A program made the translations under genes and the position numbers. 63,114 nt of DNA from Candidatus Aenigmatarchaeota archaeon (GTDB taxonomy: Archaea; Aenigmatarchaeota; Aenigmatarchaeia; GW2011-AR5; JACRAC01), in assembly GCA_016187395.1 (NCBI GenBank), contig JACPJV010000009.1:1-63114 (forward strand). Direction: 5' to 3'. Below, piece after piece: positions 25,396 to 33,218 of this stretch. The notes under the pieces were generated by a model. The model saw only the letters and a program-made list of their open reading frames with translations. It had not been told where the DNA came from and searched no databases. Positions within the stretch are counted from its first letter, which is position 1; each line of letters starts with the position of its first letter.

Positions 25396-25974
25396 ATGCT
25401 ATCAAACCAAGCTAGTGTTGTGAGTCTGGATGAACTGGAGTTAAAGCCCTATATAGTAATTGGGCGAAAGCTTGTGCATGGAGCGCCTAGACTAGCCTTT
25501 GTATTAGGAAAGCTTGTTCTGGTTGGAATTAGAGGCGAAAGGCTGGATGTTGGCGAATTTGAAACAGGCACGATGGAAAGAGAGGTAGAAATAGCAAGAC
25601 GAACTCGGGGAGAAGATTATTTAATGGATGTTTCATATGGACAACCTGTTGTAAGAAGACATAGAGCACGATACGCAAGAAGGTATATGGATGGATTTGA
25701 TGATGAAACTAGGGTACTGGTTCCACAAGACGATGGTCGGATATATGTTGTGCAGAATATACCACGCAGGCCTGACCATTTCGTGCAATGGGATGATTAT
25801 TCCCATGATCCTGAAAAGGAAAGGGTTCTTGACAGTGCTGATTGCGCGATATTTCTAGCGACTAATGCTTCTATAATGCCTTTGGTCGCACTTGTAGGCA
25901 AATCTCACGCCTTGTTTTTGCATAGGGGTTCAGGTTCAGGTGGAAGTTACAGAGAGCTTAATAGGAGAAACTAA
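25396..25974 (+). CDS. ORFan, paralog B of the pair flanking aIF2-gamma
   Basis: LDVGEFETGT, RRHRARYARRY, RVLVPQDDGRIYV, NIPRRPDHFVQW and YRELNRR align with 23340..23939. Confidence 0.6.
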   Translation: MLSNQASVVSLDELELKPYIVIGRKLVHGAPRLAFVLGKLVLVGIRGERLDVGEFETGTMEREVEIARRTRGEDYLMDVSYGQPVVRRHRARYARRYMDGFDDETRVLVPQDDGRIYVVQNIPRRPDHFVQWDDYSHDPEKERVLDSADCAIFLATNASIMPLVALVGKSHALFLHRGSGSGGSYRELNRRN

Positions 25975-26023
25975 AAGGATTCACGAATACATGCAGAATT
26001 CAAAAGGAAACCAATAAGAAGAA

Positions 26024-26272
26024 TCACTTCTTCTTTGACTGCTTCTCGCGGCGTTGCCATCTTATATCCTCGTACTCGATCCAGGCGACTATAAGACCAA
26101 CGAATATCAGGAATAATCCGAACAGTCCTACGAAGACGGTCTTGAACGCGCCTATCGCACTAGAGCCTATCACGCCGGACCAGACATTTGTACCAATAAA
26201 GTCAGCGGCGTACCAGTACAATCCTGCCAGAACAACTATTATCCCGATTATCAGTTTTACTGCTGAATTCAT
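26024..26272 (-). CDS. small two-TM membrane protein
   Basis: 82 aa with two hydrophobic helices and a basic C-terminal tail. Confidence 0.55.
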   Translation of the reverse strand: MNSAVKLIIGIIVVLAGLYWYAADFIGTNVWSGVIGSSAIGAFKTVFVGLFGLFLIFVGLIVAWIEYEDIRWQRREKQSKKK

Positions 26273-26302
26273 GACACCACTCCAAGATTTTATGACTATA
26301 TG

Positions 26303-26312
26303 CTTAAATATC
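26303..26312 (+). promoter_or_regulatory. TATA-box candidate for rpl15e
   Basis: CTTAAATATC about 33 nt upstream of ATG 26341. Confidence 0.35.
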
Positions 26313-26340
26313 TTCTTTGATCAATCAATAAGGCGATTGC

Positions 26341-26844
26341 ATGAAGTCTGCTTACAGGTATATTTCAGAATCATGGCTTTCTGCAGAAAAGAAGCAGAGG
26401 CTTATAGAATGGAGAGGGCAGAAAAGCATTCAAAGGATAGCCAGGCCGACAAGGCCTGACCGTGCGCATGCGCTGGGATGGAAAGCAAAGCAGGGTTTTA
26501 CTGTTGTAAGGGTGCGCATAGGAGGGGGGTCAAGAAAGAGACCAGCGCCACAGAAAGGCAGAAAGCCCAGGAAAAAAGGGCAATTCTTTACCCCTGCAGT
26601 AAGCATGCAAAGAACGGCAGAGCAGCGGGCTGCACGAAAACACAAAAACATGGAGGTTTTGAATTCATATTATGCGGGCGAGGACGGCACGAGCAAGTTC
26701 TTTGAAGTCATGCTTATAGACAGGAGCCACCCGTCTGTAATTGCAAATAAAAATGCGCGAAGGATTGCAGAGCAGCGCGGCAGGGCATTCAGGGGCAGGA
26801 CGAGCGCAGGGCAGAAAGGGCGCAATGAGAGGAGGAAGAGGTAG
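26341..26844 (+). CDS. rpl15e: 50S ribosomal protein eL15
   Basis: RPTRPDRAHALGWKAKQGFTVVRVRI..GG.RK and FFEVMLIDRSHP are typical of L15e. Confidence 0.93.
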   Translation: MKSAYRYISESWLSAEKKQRLIEWRGQKSIQRIARPTRPDRAHALGWKAKQGFTVVRVRIGGGSRKRPAPQKGRKPRKKGQFFTPAVSMQRTAEQRAARKHKNMEVLNSYYAGEDGTSKFFEVMLIDRSHPSVIANKNARRIAEQRGRAFRGRTSAGQKGRNERRKR

Positions 26845-26902
26845 AATATTCTCATTCATTAGTGATAAATAATCTTAAATAGTTTACGATCTTACTATTT
26901 CT

Positions 26903-27364
26903 ATGTTCAGGCGATCCGAGAGGTCTGGAATTGTATTGTCAGCTGCGGTTATTTTAGCTGGAACAGCTGCTTTTGCTACCCATTATGCGAGTAAAAGACT
27001 AGGAAATGTAATTACTTCTGCGTATTCGTTACCCGCTGATGCCCGTTATTTTGATGCAAAAGCCCGTCGTCTTGAAAGGGGGGTGCAGGAACTTCAAGAA
27101 ACAAATGATTATTACACCAATTATTTACGATCACTGCGCTCAGATGAGCTGAGAAAACTGCGGGAGCAAAGTATCGAAGCGCAGAATCATAATCGCCATG
27201 TTTACGAACTCCTGCAAGAAGGGAAAGTTGAAGAAGCGCGAGAGCTTGCAGGAATATATGTCACTGAAAACCAGGATGAATTCAAAGCCAATCTGGAAGC
27301 TCTGCATACTACGGCAGCGATTAGACACATGCCTTCTGAAGCAAGGGTTGCGGAAAAAAAGTAA
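26903..27364 (+). CDS. membrane-anchored coiled-coil hypothetical protein
   Basis: N-terminal TM (IVLSAAVILAGTAAFA) followed by a helical charged region. Confidence 0.45.
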   Translation: MFRRSERSGIVLSAAVILAGTAAFATHYASKRLGNVITSAYSLPADARYFDAKARRLERGVQELQETNDYYTNYLRSLRSDELRKLREQSIEAQNHNRHVYELLQEGKVEEARELAGIYVTENQDEFKANLEALHTTAAIRHMPSEARVAEKK

Positions 27365-27393
27365 CCGTTTTTATACACGATCTCCCCAAATTC

Positions 27394-27675
27394 TTACAGG
27401 TCGTACCCCAGATATTCTTTGATCAGCTTCTTTATTTCTTGTGCTCTTTTAGGATTCAGCGACACCTGCAGGCCGTAGTGAGCGGGCTTCGTCATGATAA
27501 AGCCTTCCCTCACGAGGTCATCGGCAAGATTCTTCACGTTCTTCAGGCCATGCTTGCCCAAGGCTTCTGACCTGAATATGCGGAACATGTTTTCATACGC
27601 CGTATGGCTCTCACCCCATTTTCTTTTTCTTGCAAGGGCGAAAAGAATCTTGGCGCGGAAAACACCATTATTCAT
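27394..27675 (-). CDS. hypothetical small protein (possible wHTH)
   Basis: 93-aa ORF with no strong motif. Confidence 0.45.
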   Translation of the reverse strand: MNNGVFRAKILFALARKRKWGESHTAYENMFRIFRSEALGKHGLKNVKNLADDLVREGFIMTKPAHYGLQVSLNPKRAQEIKKLIKEYLGYDL

Positions 27676-27735
27676 AACTTTACATGGATGTAAAGTTTTA
27701 AATAGTTTGGGTGCCGTATGTTTGCAGTGATAATC

Positions 27736-28059
27736 ATGGACAAATCCATGCTGTTGGAAGTAATAGGAGACACGATAGAAAACAGATTCTTGGATTTCCT
27801 TATCGAAGGGCGCGGGCTTGACTATTCAAAAAAGGACATAGCAGAAGGATGCGGAATATCAAGGCCGACTGTTTATGCAATATTGCCAAAGATGTTGAAG
27901 GAAGGACTCGTGAAATCCACAAGAAAGATAGGGCGCGTGCAGCTTTACACACTGAATGAAAAAAGCGAGAAGGTAAAAATTATGTTAAAACTCGAAGAGA
28001 TGCTTTTGAAAAAATCATTTGAGGAAGTCGGTGCAGGGAAAATGAAGATTCCTGCTTAA
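27736..28059 (+). CDS. winged-helix transcriptional regulator
   Basis: DYSKKDIAEGCGISRPTVYAILPKMLKEGLVKSTRKIGRVQLYTLNE is an HTH plus wing pattern. Confidence 0.6.
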   Translation: MDKSMLLEVIGDTIENRFLDFLIEGRGLDYSKKDIAEGCGISRPTVYAILPKMLKEGLVKSTRKIGRVQLYTLNEKSEKVKIMLKLEEMLLKKSFEEVGAGKMKIPA

Positions 28060-28068
28060 TTTCTTTCA

Positions 28069-28104
28069 AACCTCCTGCATAACCTCCCCTTTCAGGAGCT
28101 TTCT
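28069..28104. repeat. perfect 36-bp direct repeat, distal copy
   Basis: AACCTCCTGCATAACCTCCCCTTTCAGGAGCTTTCT is identical to 28812-28847. Confidence 0.95.
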
Positions 28105-28158
28105 ATCCTGCAGAAAACCTTAAATAAGTAATCTTACTTATCTTACTTAGGTGATAGA

Positions 28159-28386
28159 ATGACGAACATGACTCTGGCAGTTCCTGAAGACCTGAAAGAG
28201 GCGATGGACAGGCACAAGGAAGTCAGGTGGAGCGAGATAGCAAGGCAGGCGATGTGGGAGCATGCACGAAAGCTAGAACTGATGGACAAGCTTCTTGCAA
28301 AGAGCAGGCTGACCGAGAAAGACGCAGAGGAATTGGGCCATAAAATAAAGCATGGAATTGCAAGGAGACACGGGCTGGTAAAATGA
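28159..28386 (+). CDS. VapB-like antitoxin
   Basis: MTLAVPEDLKEAMDRHKEVRWSEIARQA pattern. 4-nt ATGA overlap with the PIN gene. Confidence 0.6.
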   Translation: MTNMTLAVPEDLKEAMDRHKEVRWSEIARQAMWEHARKLELMDKLLAKSRLTEKDAEELGHKIKHGIARRHGLVK

Positions 28387-28805
28387 AAATCGTGGTGGAT
28401 ACGAACAGAATAATAGCAGCTTTAGTCAAAGACAGCACAACGCGGGAAATCCTGTTCGACAGAAATTTTGAGTTTGTAACACCAGACCATACTATAAAGG
28501 AAGTATACGAGCATAAAGACGAATTGAAGGTCAAAACAAATCTCAGCAATGAAGAATTTGACATCCTCATGGCATTTATTTTCGAGCGCATTGAGATTAT
28601 CCCAGAATCAGATTACAGGGATTTTATGGAAGAATGCAGGAATGATATAAGTGATCCGGATGATGTGCCGATTCTTGCTGCGGCTGTCGCCATCAAAACC
28701 GATGGCATATGGGCGCATGACCCTCATTTCAGAGAACAAAACAAGATAAAGGTATTTACGAATATAGACATGCTGAGATTCAGTGGCCGAATGAAATCAG
28801 GTTGA
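28383..28805 (+). CDS. PIN-domain toxin
   Basis: KIVVDTNRIIAAL ... DPDDVPILAAAVA ... DGIWAHDPHF, the acidic residues of the PIN fold. Confidence 0.75.
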   Translation: MKIVVDTNRIIAALVKDSTTREILFDRNFEFVTPDHTIKEVYEHKDELKVKTNLSNEEFDILMAFIFERIEIIPESDYRDFMEECRNDISDPDDVPILAAAVAIKTDGIWAHDPHFREQNKIKVFTNIDMLRFSGRMKSG

Positions 28806-29105
28806 TTACTTAACCTCCTGCATAACCTCCCCTTTCAGGAGCTTTCTCTGGAGGCCCAGGATGAGAAGCTCTGCATCATTATCGCTATAGCCCAACTTTT
28901 TCAGGATCTTTATTCCTTCCGGCAATATTTTGGCGGATACGTTCTTCGACAGCTGGGGATCAAAGGAGAAGAAAGTGGCTTCGAAAGGTATTTTTTCCTC
29001 CAGTTGCATTTCACCGCGCATGGTTATGACGTTGTTTCCATAAGGCGCGAAGCCCTTGACGTAAACGGCGAAATCAGGGACAGGCATGATATCAGCTGAA
29101 ATCAT
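28806..29105 (-). CDS. hypothetical protein whose 3' end is the cassette target
   Basis: 99-aa ORF. Its last 14 codons include repeat copy 28812-28847. Confidence 0.5.
   Translation of the reverse strand: MISADIMPVPDFAVYVKGFAPYGNNVITMRGEMQLEEKIPFEATFFSFDPQLSKNVSAKILPEGIKILKKLGYSDNDAELLILGLQRKLLKGEVMQEVK
28812..28847. repeat. perfect 36-bp direct repeat, gene-proximal copy
   Basis: Identical to 28069-28104. On the minus strand it encodes RKLLKGEVMQEV of ORF 28806..29105. Confidence 0.95.
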
Positions 29106-29137
29106 GGATTTTAAAGCGTTCTTTGCAAAGGCATTCT

Positions 29138-29884
29138 ATGACCTATTACGACCTGCACGTGCACGTGAGGGACAGCGGAGGGGAGAATTCTGCAGACGAC
29201 ATTATATCTATGGCTTCGAAGCTGGGGCTATCCGGGGTAGGCATTGTGCTGCATGCAGAACAGGGATTTGATTCGTTCGATGAATACAAGAAGAAGGGAG
29301 AAAAGGCAGGCATAGACATCGTGTCAGTAGCGCTTGCCCAGGCGAAGAATGTAAATGACATAAAGAGGCTTGTTGCAAAGACAAGAAGCAAGGCTGAGAT
29401 CGTTGCAGTATATGGAGGGGATTACGACATAAACAGGGCTGCCTGCGAAAATCCTATGGTTGACATCCTTTTCCACCCCGAGCGCGGCAGGATAGATTCA
29501 GGCATAGATCATATATGCGCCAGGGCTGCTGCGGAAAACGAAGTAGCTATAGAAATAAATTTTCACGAGCTTCTTGAGAGCTACAGGAAGAAGCGCATAC
29601 GCGTCTTTGCAAGGATGATAAGAAACGTAATGCTCTGCGGGAAGTTTGGCGCTAAAACTATAGCCACCTCAGGTTCAATCTCAAAATGGGACATGCGCTT
29701 TGGAAGGGAGCTGGCGGCTATACCGTACCTGCTTGGGGAAGAATTAGGCAAGAGCATAGAAAGCGCATCCACGATCCCAGAAGATATTGTGAAAAAGAAC
29801 AGGGAAAAGCTGGCAGGAAAGAAGTGGGAGGGCGTTGCTGTGGTAGAGGATTTAACGCAGTTTACAAAAAAGGAAGGTGAGTAA
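29138..29884 (+). CDS. rnp3: RNase P protein component 3 (Rpp30)
   Basis: MTYYDLHVHV start and a TIM-barrel/PHP-like pattern. A Pop5 gene lies downstream. Confidence 0.8.
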   Translation: MTYYDLHVHVRDSGGENSADDIISMASKLGLSGVGIVLHAEQGFDSFDEYKKKGEKAGIDIVSVALAQAKNVNDIKRLVAKTRSKAEIVAVYGGDYDINRAACENPMVDILFHPERGRIDSGIDHICARAAAENEVAIEINFHELLESYRKKRIRVFARMIRNVMLCGKFGAKTIATSGSISKWDMRFGRELAAIPYLLGEELGKSIESASTIPEDIVKKNREKLAGKKWEGVAVVEDLTQFTKKEGE

Positions 29885-29984
29885 TATGGTTGAAGAAATA
29901 AGCAGCAGAACAGAAGGAACGGATTATGTATCTGAATACAACATGTTTGCATCTGTCCCGAGAGACATGATGAAGACCGATACT

Positions 29985-30188
29985 CCACCGCCTACAATGC
30001 GAATCGAAGATTCGCATGTACAGAAGGAATCTTTGATTCCTTCTTGTAAAGGCGGTGGTTTCACAAGGTCTTCAGCACAAGGAGAAGCGAGCTTCTCCTG
30101 TGCAGGAGGAACTTCGTTCCTCCTTGCATGCCAAAGAAGTTCGGTATCTTATCCTCTGCCTAAAGGCAGAGGGTTTAGAACTTCTTTG
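29985..30188. repeat. hairpin-array repeat element between rnp3 and rnp2
   Basis: CCACCGCC-TACAA-hp-TGTACAG-hp-CTTGTA-aa-GGCGGTGG, then CACAAG-hp-CTGTGCAG-hp-CTTGCA, then nested CAAAGAAGTT[CGGTATCTTAT CCTCTGCC taaa GGCAGAGG]AACTTCTTTG. Confidence 0.7.
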
Positions 30189-30247
30189 AGCATGAACAAA
30201 ACATTCATTCTATTTTTTCCTTTAATGAAGAATCTAGGTGAATAAAA

Positions 30248-30604
30248 ATGGAACCTAAAAGACTCCCGCCAAGCCTTCGCGCAAAATCGCGATACGTCAT
30301 CTTCGAAGTGATAAGCGAAGGAAAGGTTGTTTTCGAGGATGTAACGAAGGCTATTTGGAATGCTGTCACAGAATGGCTTGGGGAGATGGGAAGCAGCGAG
30401 GCAAGGCTGTGGATAGTCAAAAATCTGTACAGCGACAGCAAACAGATAGGAGTGATAAAATGCGCTCATGACAGGGTGGAGCACATTCGCGTTTCTCTTG
30501 CGCTTGTGAAGATGACAGGAGAAACACGGGCTATAATCAGGGTTATCGGCGTGACAGGAACTATAAAGGCAGCACAGCTGAAGTATCTGGAGGCAGGGAA
30601 GTGA
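30248..30604 (+). CDS. rnp2: RNase P protein component 2 (Pop5)
   Basis: LPPSLRAKSRYVIFEV N-terminal signature. 118 aa. Confidence 0.8.
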   Translation: MEPKRLPPSLRAKSRYVIFEVISEGKVVFEDVTKAIWNAVTEWLGEMGSSEARLWIVKNLYSDSKQIGVIKCAHDRVEHIRVSLALVKMTGETRAIIRVIGVTGTIKAAQLKYLEAGK

Positions 30605-30608
30605 TAGC

Positions 30609-31124
30609 ATGAAGGGCAGATTTCCAGATAAAGCCAGAATAATTTCTTTGTTCAGAAAAGTTAGGGATATTCCTTATAGAATTCCCGTGAAGTATGGAGA
30701 AGAGGACTTCTGCTGCAGCGGCAAAAGCAAACTTTTGCATAAATTGCTGACAAAGGAGGGATGCAAGGTAAGGTACAGAGTTTGCGTGTTCAGGTGGAGC
30801 GACCTGAATATTCCGCAGGAGCTTGAAGGCATAAAGCACGACAAGGAGTGCACACACACCTTTCTGGAAATTATGATCGAAGGAAAATGGAGGGTCTTGG
30901 ATGCAACATGGGACAGTAGATTGAAAAACCTGTTTCATGTCAACGAATGGAATGATAAATCTGCTATGAAAATAGCGGTAAAGCCTATTAAGACATTCTC
31001 GCCGGAAAAGAGCGTGGATGTCATCAAAAAATATTCAGGAAGGGAAGCGATGGAAAGGGATCTGAAGGCGAATGGCAAGTTCTATAAGGCGTTCAATGAA
31101 TGGCTTGAAGAGAACAGGAGGTGA
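30609..31124 (+). CDS. transglutaminase-like cysteine protease superfamily protein
   Basis: A putative Cys-His-Asp arrangement: CSGKSKLL, HTFLEI and LDATWD. Confidence 0.6.
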   Translation: MKGRFPDKARIISLFRKVRDIPYRIPVKYGEEDFCCSGKSKLLHKLLTKEGCKVRYRVCVFRWSDLNIPQELEGIKHDKECTHTFLEIMIEGKWRVLDATWDSRLKNLFHVNEWNDKSAMKIAVKPIKTFSPEKSVDVIKKYSGREAMERDLKANGKFYKAFNEWLEENRR

Positions 31125-31128
31125 TAAG

Positions 31129-31392
31129 ATGACCCGTGAGTTGGAAAAAAGAATAAGGGCAATGGAAGAAAGGAACAGGCGCGTTGAGGCTGACAAGGCA
31201 TGGGAACTCAGCTATGCAAGAAGAGGTTTGCTGACGCTTTTCACGTATCTGGCTGTGGCGCTTTATCTATTTGCCGTCAGAATTCCAGAGCCTTGGCTTA
31301 ATGCGATAGTGCCTGCGGTTGCGTTTATGCTTTCTACCCTCACGCTGCCATTTTTCAAAAGGATGTGGATAAGACACATTTATGAGAAATGA
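31129..31392 (+). CDS. small two-TM membrane protein
   Basis: Charged N-terminal helix followed by two hydrophobic helices. ATG 31129 lies within the track ORF. Confidence 0.5.
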   Translation: MTRELEKRIRAMEERNRRVEADKAWELSYARRGLLTLFTYLAVALYLFAVRIPEPWLNAIVPAVAFMLSTLTLPFFKRMWIRHIYEK

Positions 31393-31394
31393 AA

Positions 31395-31592
31395 TTATTT
31401 TTTTCTGAAAATTTTATATAAGCCGTAAGCCAGCAGAATCCATCCAAGGATGTAGAGATGCACGGACCATTCACGCAGGTCTTCCTGCAAATGCGCTATG
31501 GTCTGGATAAAGACAAGGGAATGTCCTTCGATTGCTGAAATAAATGCAATAAGCAGGACTCCTGCGGCAAGAAAAATATGCGAGCGCTTCAT
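31395..31592 (-). CDS. small membrane protein
   Basis: 65-aa two-TM core starting at internal ATG 31592. The upstream Arg-rich part of the track ORF is doubtful. Confidence 0.4.
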   Translation of the reverse strand: MKRSHIFLAAGVLLIAFISAIEGHSLVFIQTIAHLQEDLREWSVHLYILGWILLAYGLYKIFRKK

Positions 31593-31633
31593 GATGACAG
31601 TATGGTAATCATAAAATAAAAAAGGAGTAATTC

Positions 31634-31792
31634 TCAGCATTCGCATAGGACCTCGGCTTCTCCGCAGCTCATGCACTTGGGCATGCAGTGCTCGCCTCCG
31701 CACCCATGGTCTTCCACATGCACTTTCGATTCAGAGCCGCAGATGTCGCATTTCCAGTCCTTTGTTTCTCCGCCGCATGTCTTGCAAGCCAT
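31634..31792 (-). CDS. small Cys-rich metal-binding-like protein
   Basis: MACKTCGGETKDWKCDICGSESKVHVEDHGCGGEHCMPKCMSCGEAEVLCEC has 12 Cys in 52 aa, including several CxxC pairs. Confidence 0.5.
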   Translation of the reverse strand: MACKTCGGETKDWKCDICGSESKVHVEDHGCGGEHCMPKCMSCGEAEVLCEC

Positions 31793-32043
31793 TTGCTCAC
31801 TGCGGAAATTCTGGAAATGAAGTATAAAAAGGCGCTGGGGATGGGAGATTCCGCATAGAAGTTGCGAGGCAACTTCATACACCTTTGAACCCATGCGTCC
31901 TTTCGGACACCAGCTAACTGGCATAAAATTCCAGGCTGGCGCCTTAAACCAAATTTCCCGCATCTTTTCTTTTGAAAGAAAAGAGGCTCTTGGCTACCCC
32001 AGCTTTCTATGATGAAACATTAATGAAACTTAATAAAGAAAAT

Positions 32044-32445
32044 TCACTCCAGCTTCCGGTACCTGTATTTCAACAGCAGGACACCGAGCACGAGAAATGT
32101 TGCGACGACGGGCGCAAACAGCATGCCTGCGCCTACGCCATAGCCGATGCCTACGAGAACCCAGAGCATGGCGGCAGTGGTCATGCCGTGCACGTGCACA
32201 CCGACTTTTATAATAACGCCTGCGCCAAGAAAGCCGACGCCTGTCACGATGGCGGGCAGAAGCCTTGCCAGATCCTCGCTGGCCATATCAGACATCATTA
32301 TTGCGAAAAGCGCAGTAGCCATTGAGATAAGGGCGGCATCGCGCATGCCAAAAGGCTTTCTTGACATGTCACGCTCTATACCTACGACAACACCAAGGAT
32401 TACGGCTACCACAAGCCTTACGACGATGTCAATCTCAGCGACCAT
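32044..32445 (-). CDS. mgtC: MgtC/SapB-family membrane protein
   Basis: VRLVVAVILGVVVGIERD ... GVGFLGAGVI ... GMTTAAMLWV signatures. Confidence 0.85.
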   Translation of the reverse strand: MVAEIDIVVRLVVAVILGVVVGIERDMSRKPFGMRDAALISMATALFAIMMSDMASEDLARLLPAIVTGVGFLGAGVIIKVGVHVHGMTTAAMLWVLVGIGYGVGAGMLFAPVVATFLVLGVLLLKYRYRKLE

Positions 32446-32514
32446 GATATCATGCCCATGGATGCAGAATATAAGGATTTCGCAGATTGTGAAGAGACGA
32501 AAGCGATAAATAGG

Positions 32515-33153
32515 CTAAAGGCTTCTGACAAGCTCTAATGTAACTTCATCTAGGGTTTCTACAGCCACATCAGCTTTTGACAGGTCTTGTCTACCTTTGT
32601 TTCCTATTTTAACGCCAACAACTTTCATTCCAGCCTTTTTTGCAGAAAGAATGCCCGGTGTCGCATCTTCAAGGGCTACGCATTGCTCAGGTCGTAAATC
32701 TAACGCCCACGCAGCTATAAGGTATGGTTCTGGGTGCGGTTTACTGTTTTCTGTATCGTACATTTCGCAGGTTACCTTTGCATCGAAGCAGCCTTCTACC
32801 CCAGCTCTCTGAAGAATAATATTGACTTGATGGAGTGTGCTTCCAGACACAACGCCTAATTTGTAGCGCGGTTTGAACCTTCTTACAGATTCCGCAACAC
32901 CAGGAAATACAGGAACATCGGGAAGCTCTCTTTCGTAGATTTCAAAATGATCCTGCAGGGCTTTTTCTGCTATAGCTCTTGACCTAAAAAAATCCCTGTA
33001 AAATTTCTCGTCCGTTACTCCTATAAATCTCTCCAGCTCTTCTTGAGACGGCTCTCTGCCATATTTTCCTAAAACTTCTTTAGCGACACGCATCCCCAGC
33101 GTTTCTGAATCAACCATTAATCCGTCCACATCGTAAAGTATCGCTCTTGTCAT
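32515..33153 (-). CDS. HAD-superfamily hydrolase (beta-phosphoglucomutase-like)
   Basis: AILYDVDGLMVDSE motif I, VVSGS motif II, and EDATPGILSAKKAGMKVVGV motif III/IV. Confidence 0.8.
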   Translation of the reverse strand: MTRAILYDVDGLMVDSETLGMRVAKEVLGKYGREPSQEELERFIGVTDEKFYRDFFRSRAIAEKALQDHFEIYERELPDVPVFPGVAESVRRFKPRYKLGVVSGSTLHQVNIILQRAGVEGCFDAKVTCEMYDTENSKPHPEPYLIAAWALDLRPEQCVALEDATPGILSAKKAGMKVVGVKIGNKGRQDLSKADVAVETLDEVTLELVRSL

Positions 33154-33218
33154 AAGCCGATATGGCTTTGGAAAAGCTTTTATTCTGTTTTTATGGCTTC
33201 TGCCAAACAATTGTTTCT

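Larger units (their letters stand above)
28105..28811. mobile_element. 707-bp inserted TA cassette bounded by a perfect 36-bp duplication of a gene 3' end
   Basis: Lies between the two repeat copies. It contains its own A/T-rich promoter region, an antitoxin gene and a PIN toxin gene. No recombinase. Confidence 0.5.

Noticed and set aside
28069-28847. Integron-type gene cassette
   Set aside because: There is no attC-like RYYYAAC/GTTRRRY pair and no intI. The repeats are direct copies of a coding 3' end.
29966-29972. ATGATGA as a C box of a C/D-box sRNA
   Set aside because: No CTGA D box lies at the expected 50-70 nt distance, and there is no terminal stem.
29877-30245. 122-aa ORF spanning the rnp3-rnp2 spacer
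   Set aside because: The frame is kept open by palindromic hairpin repeats. The product is low-complexity, and the GTG start overlaps the rnp3 stop without an SD.
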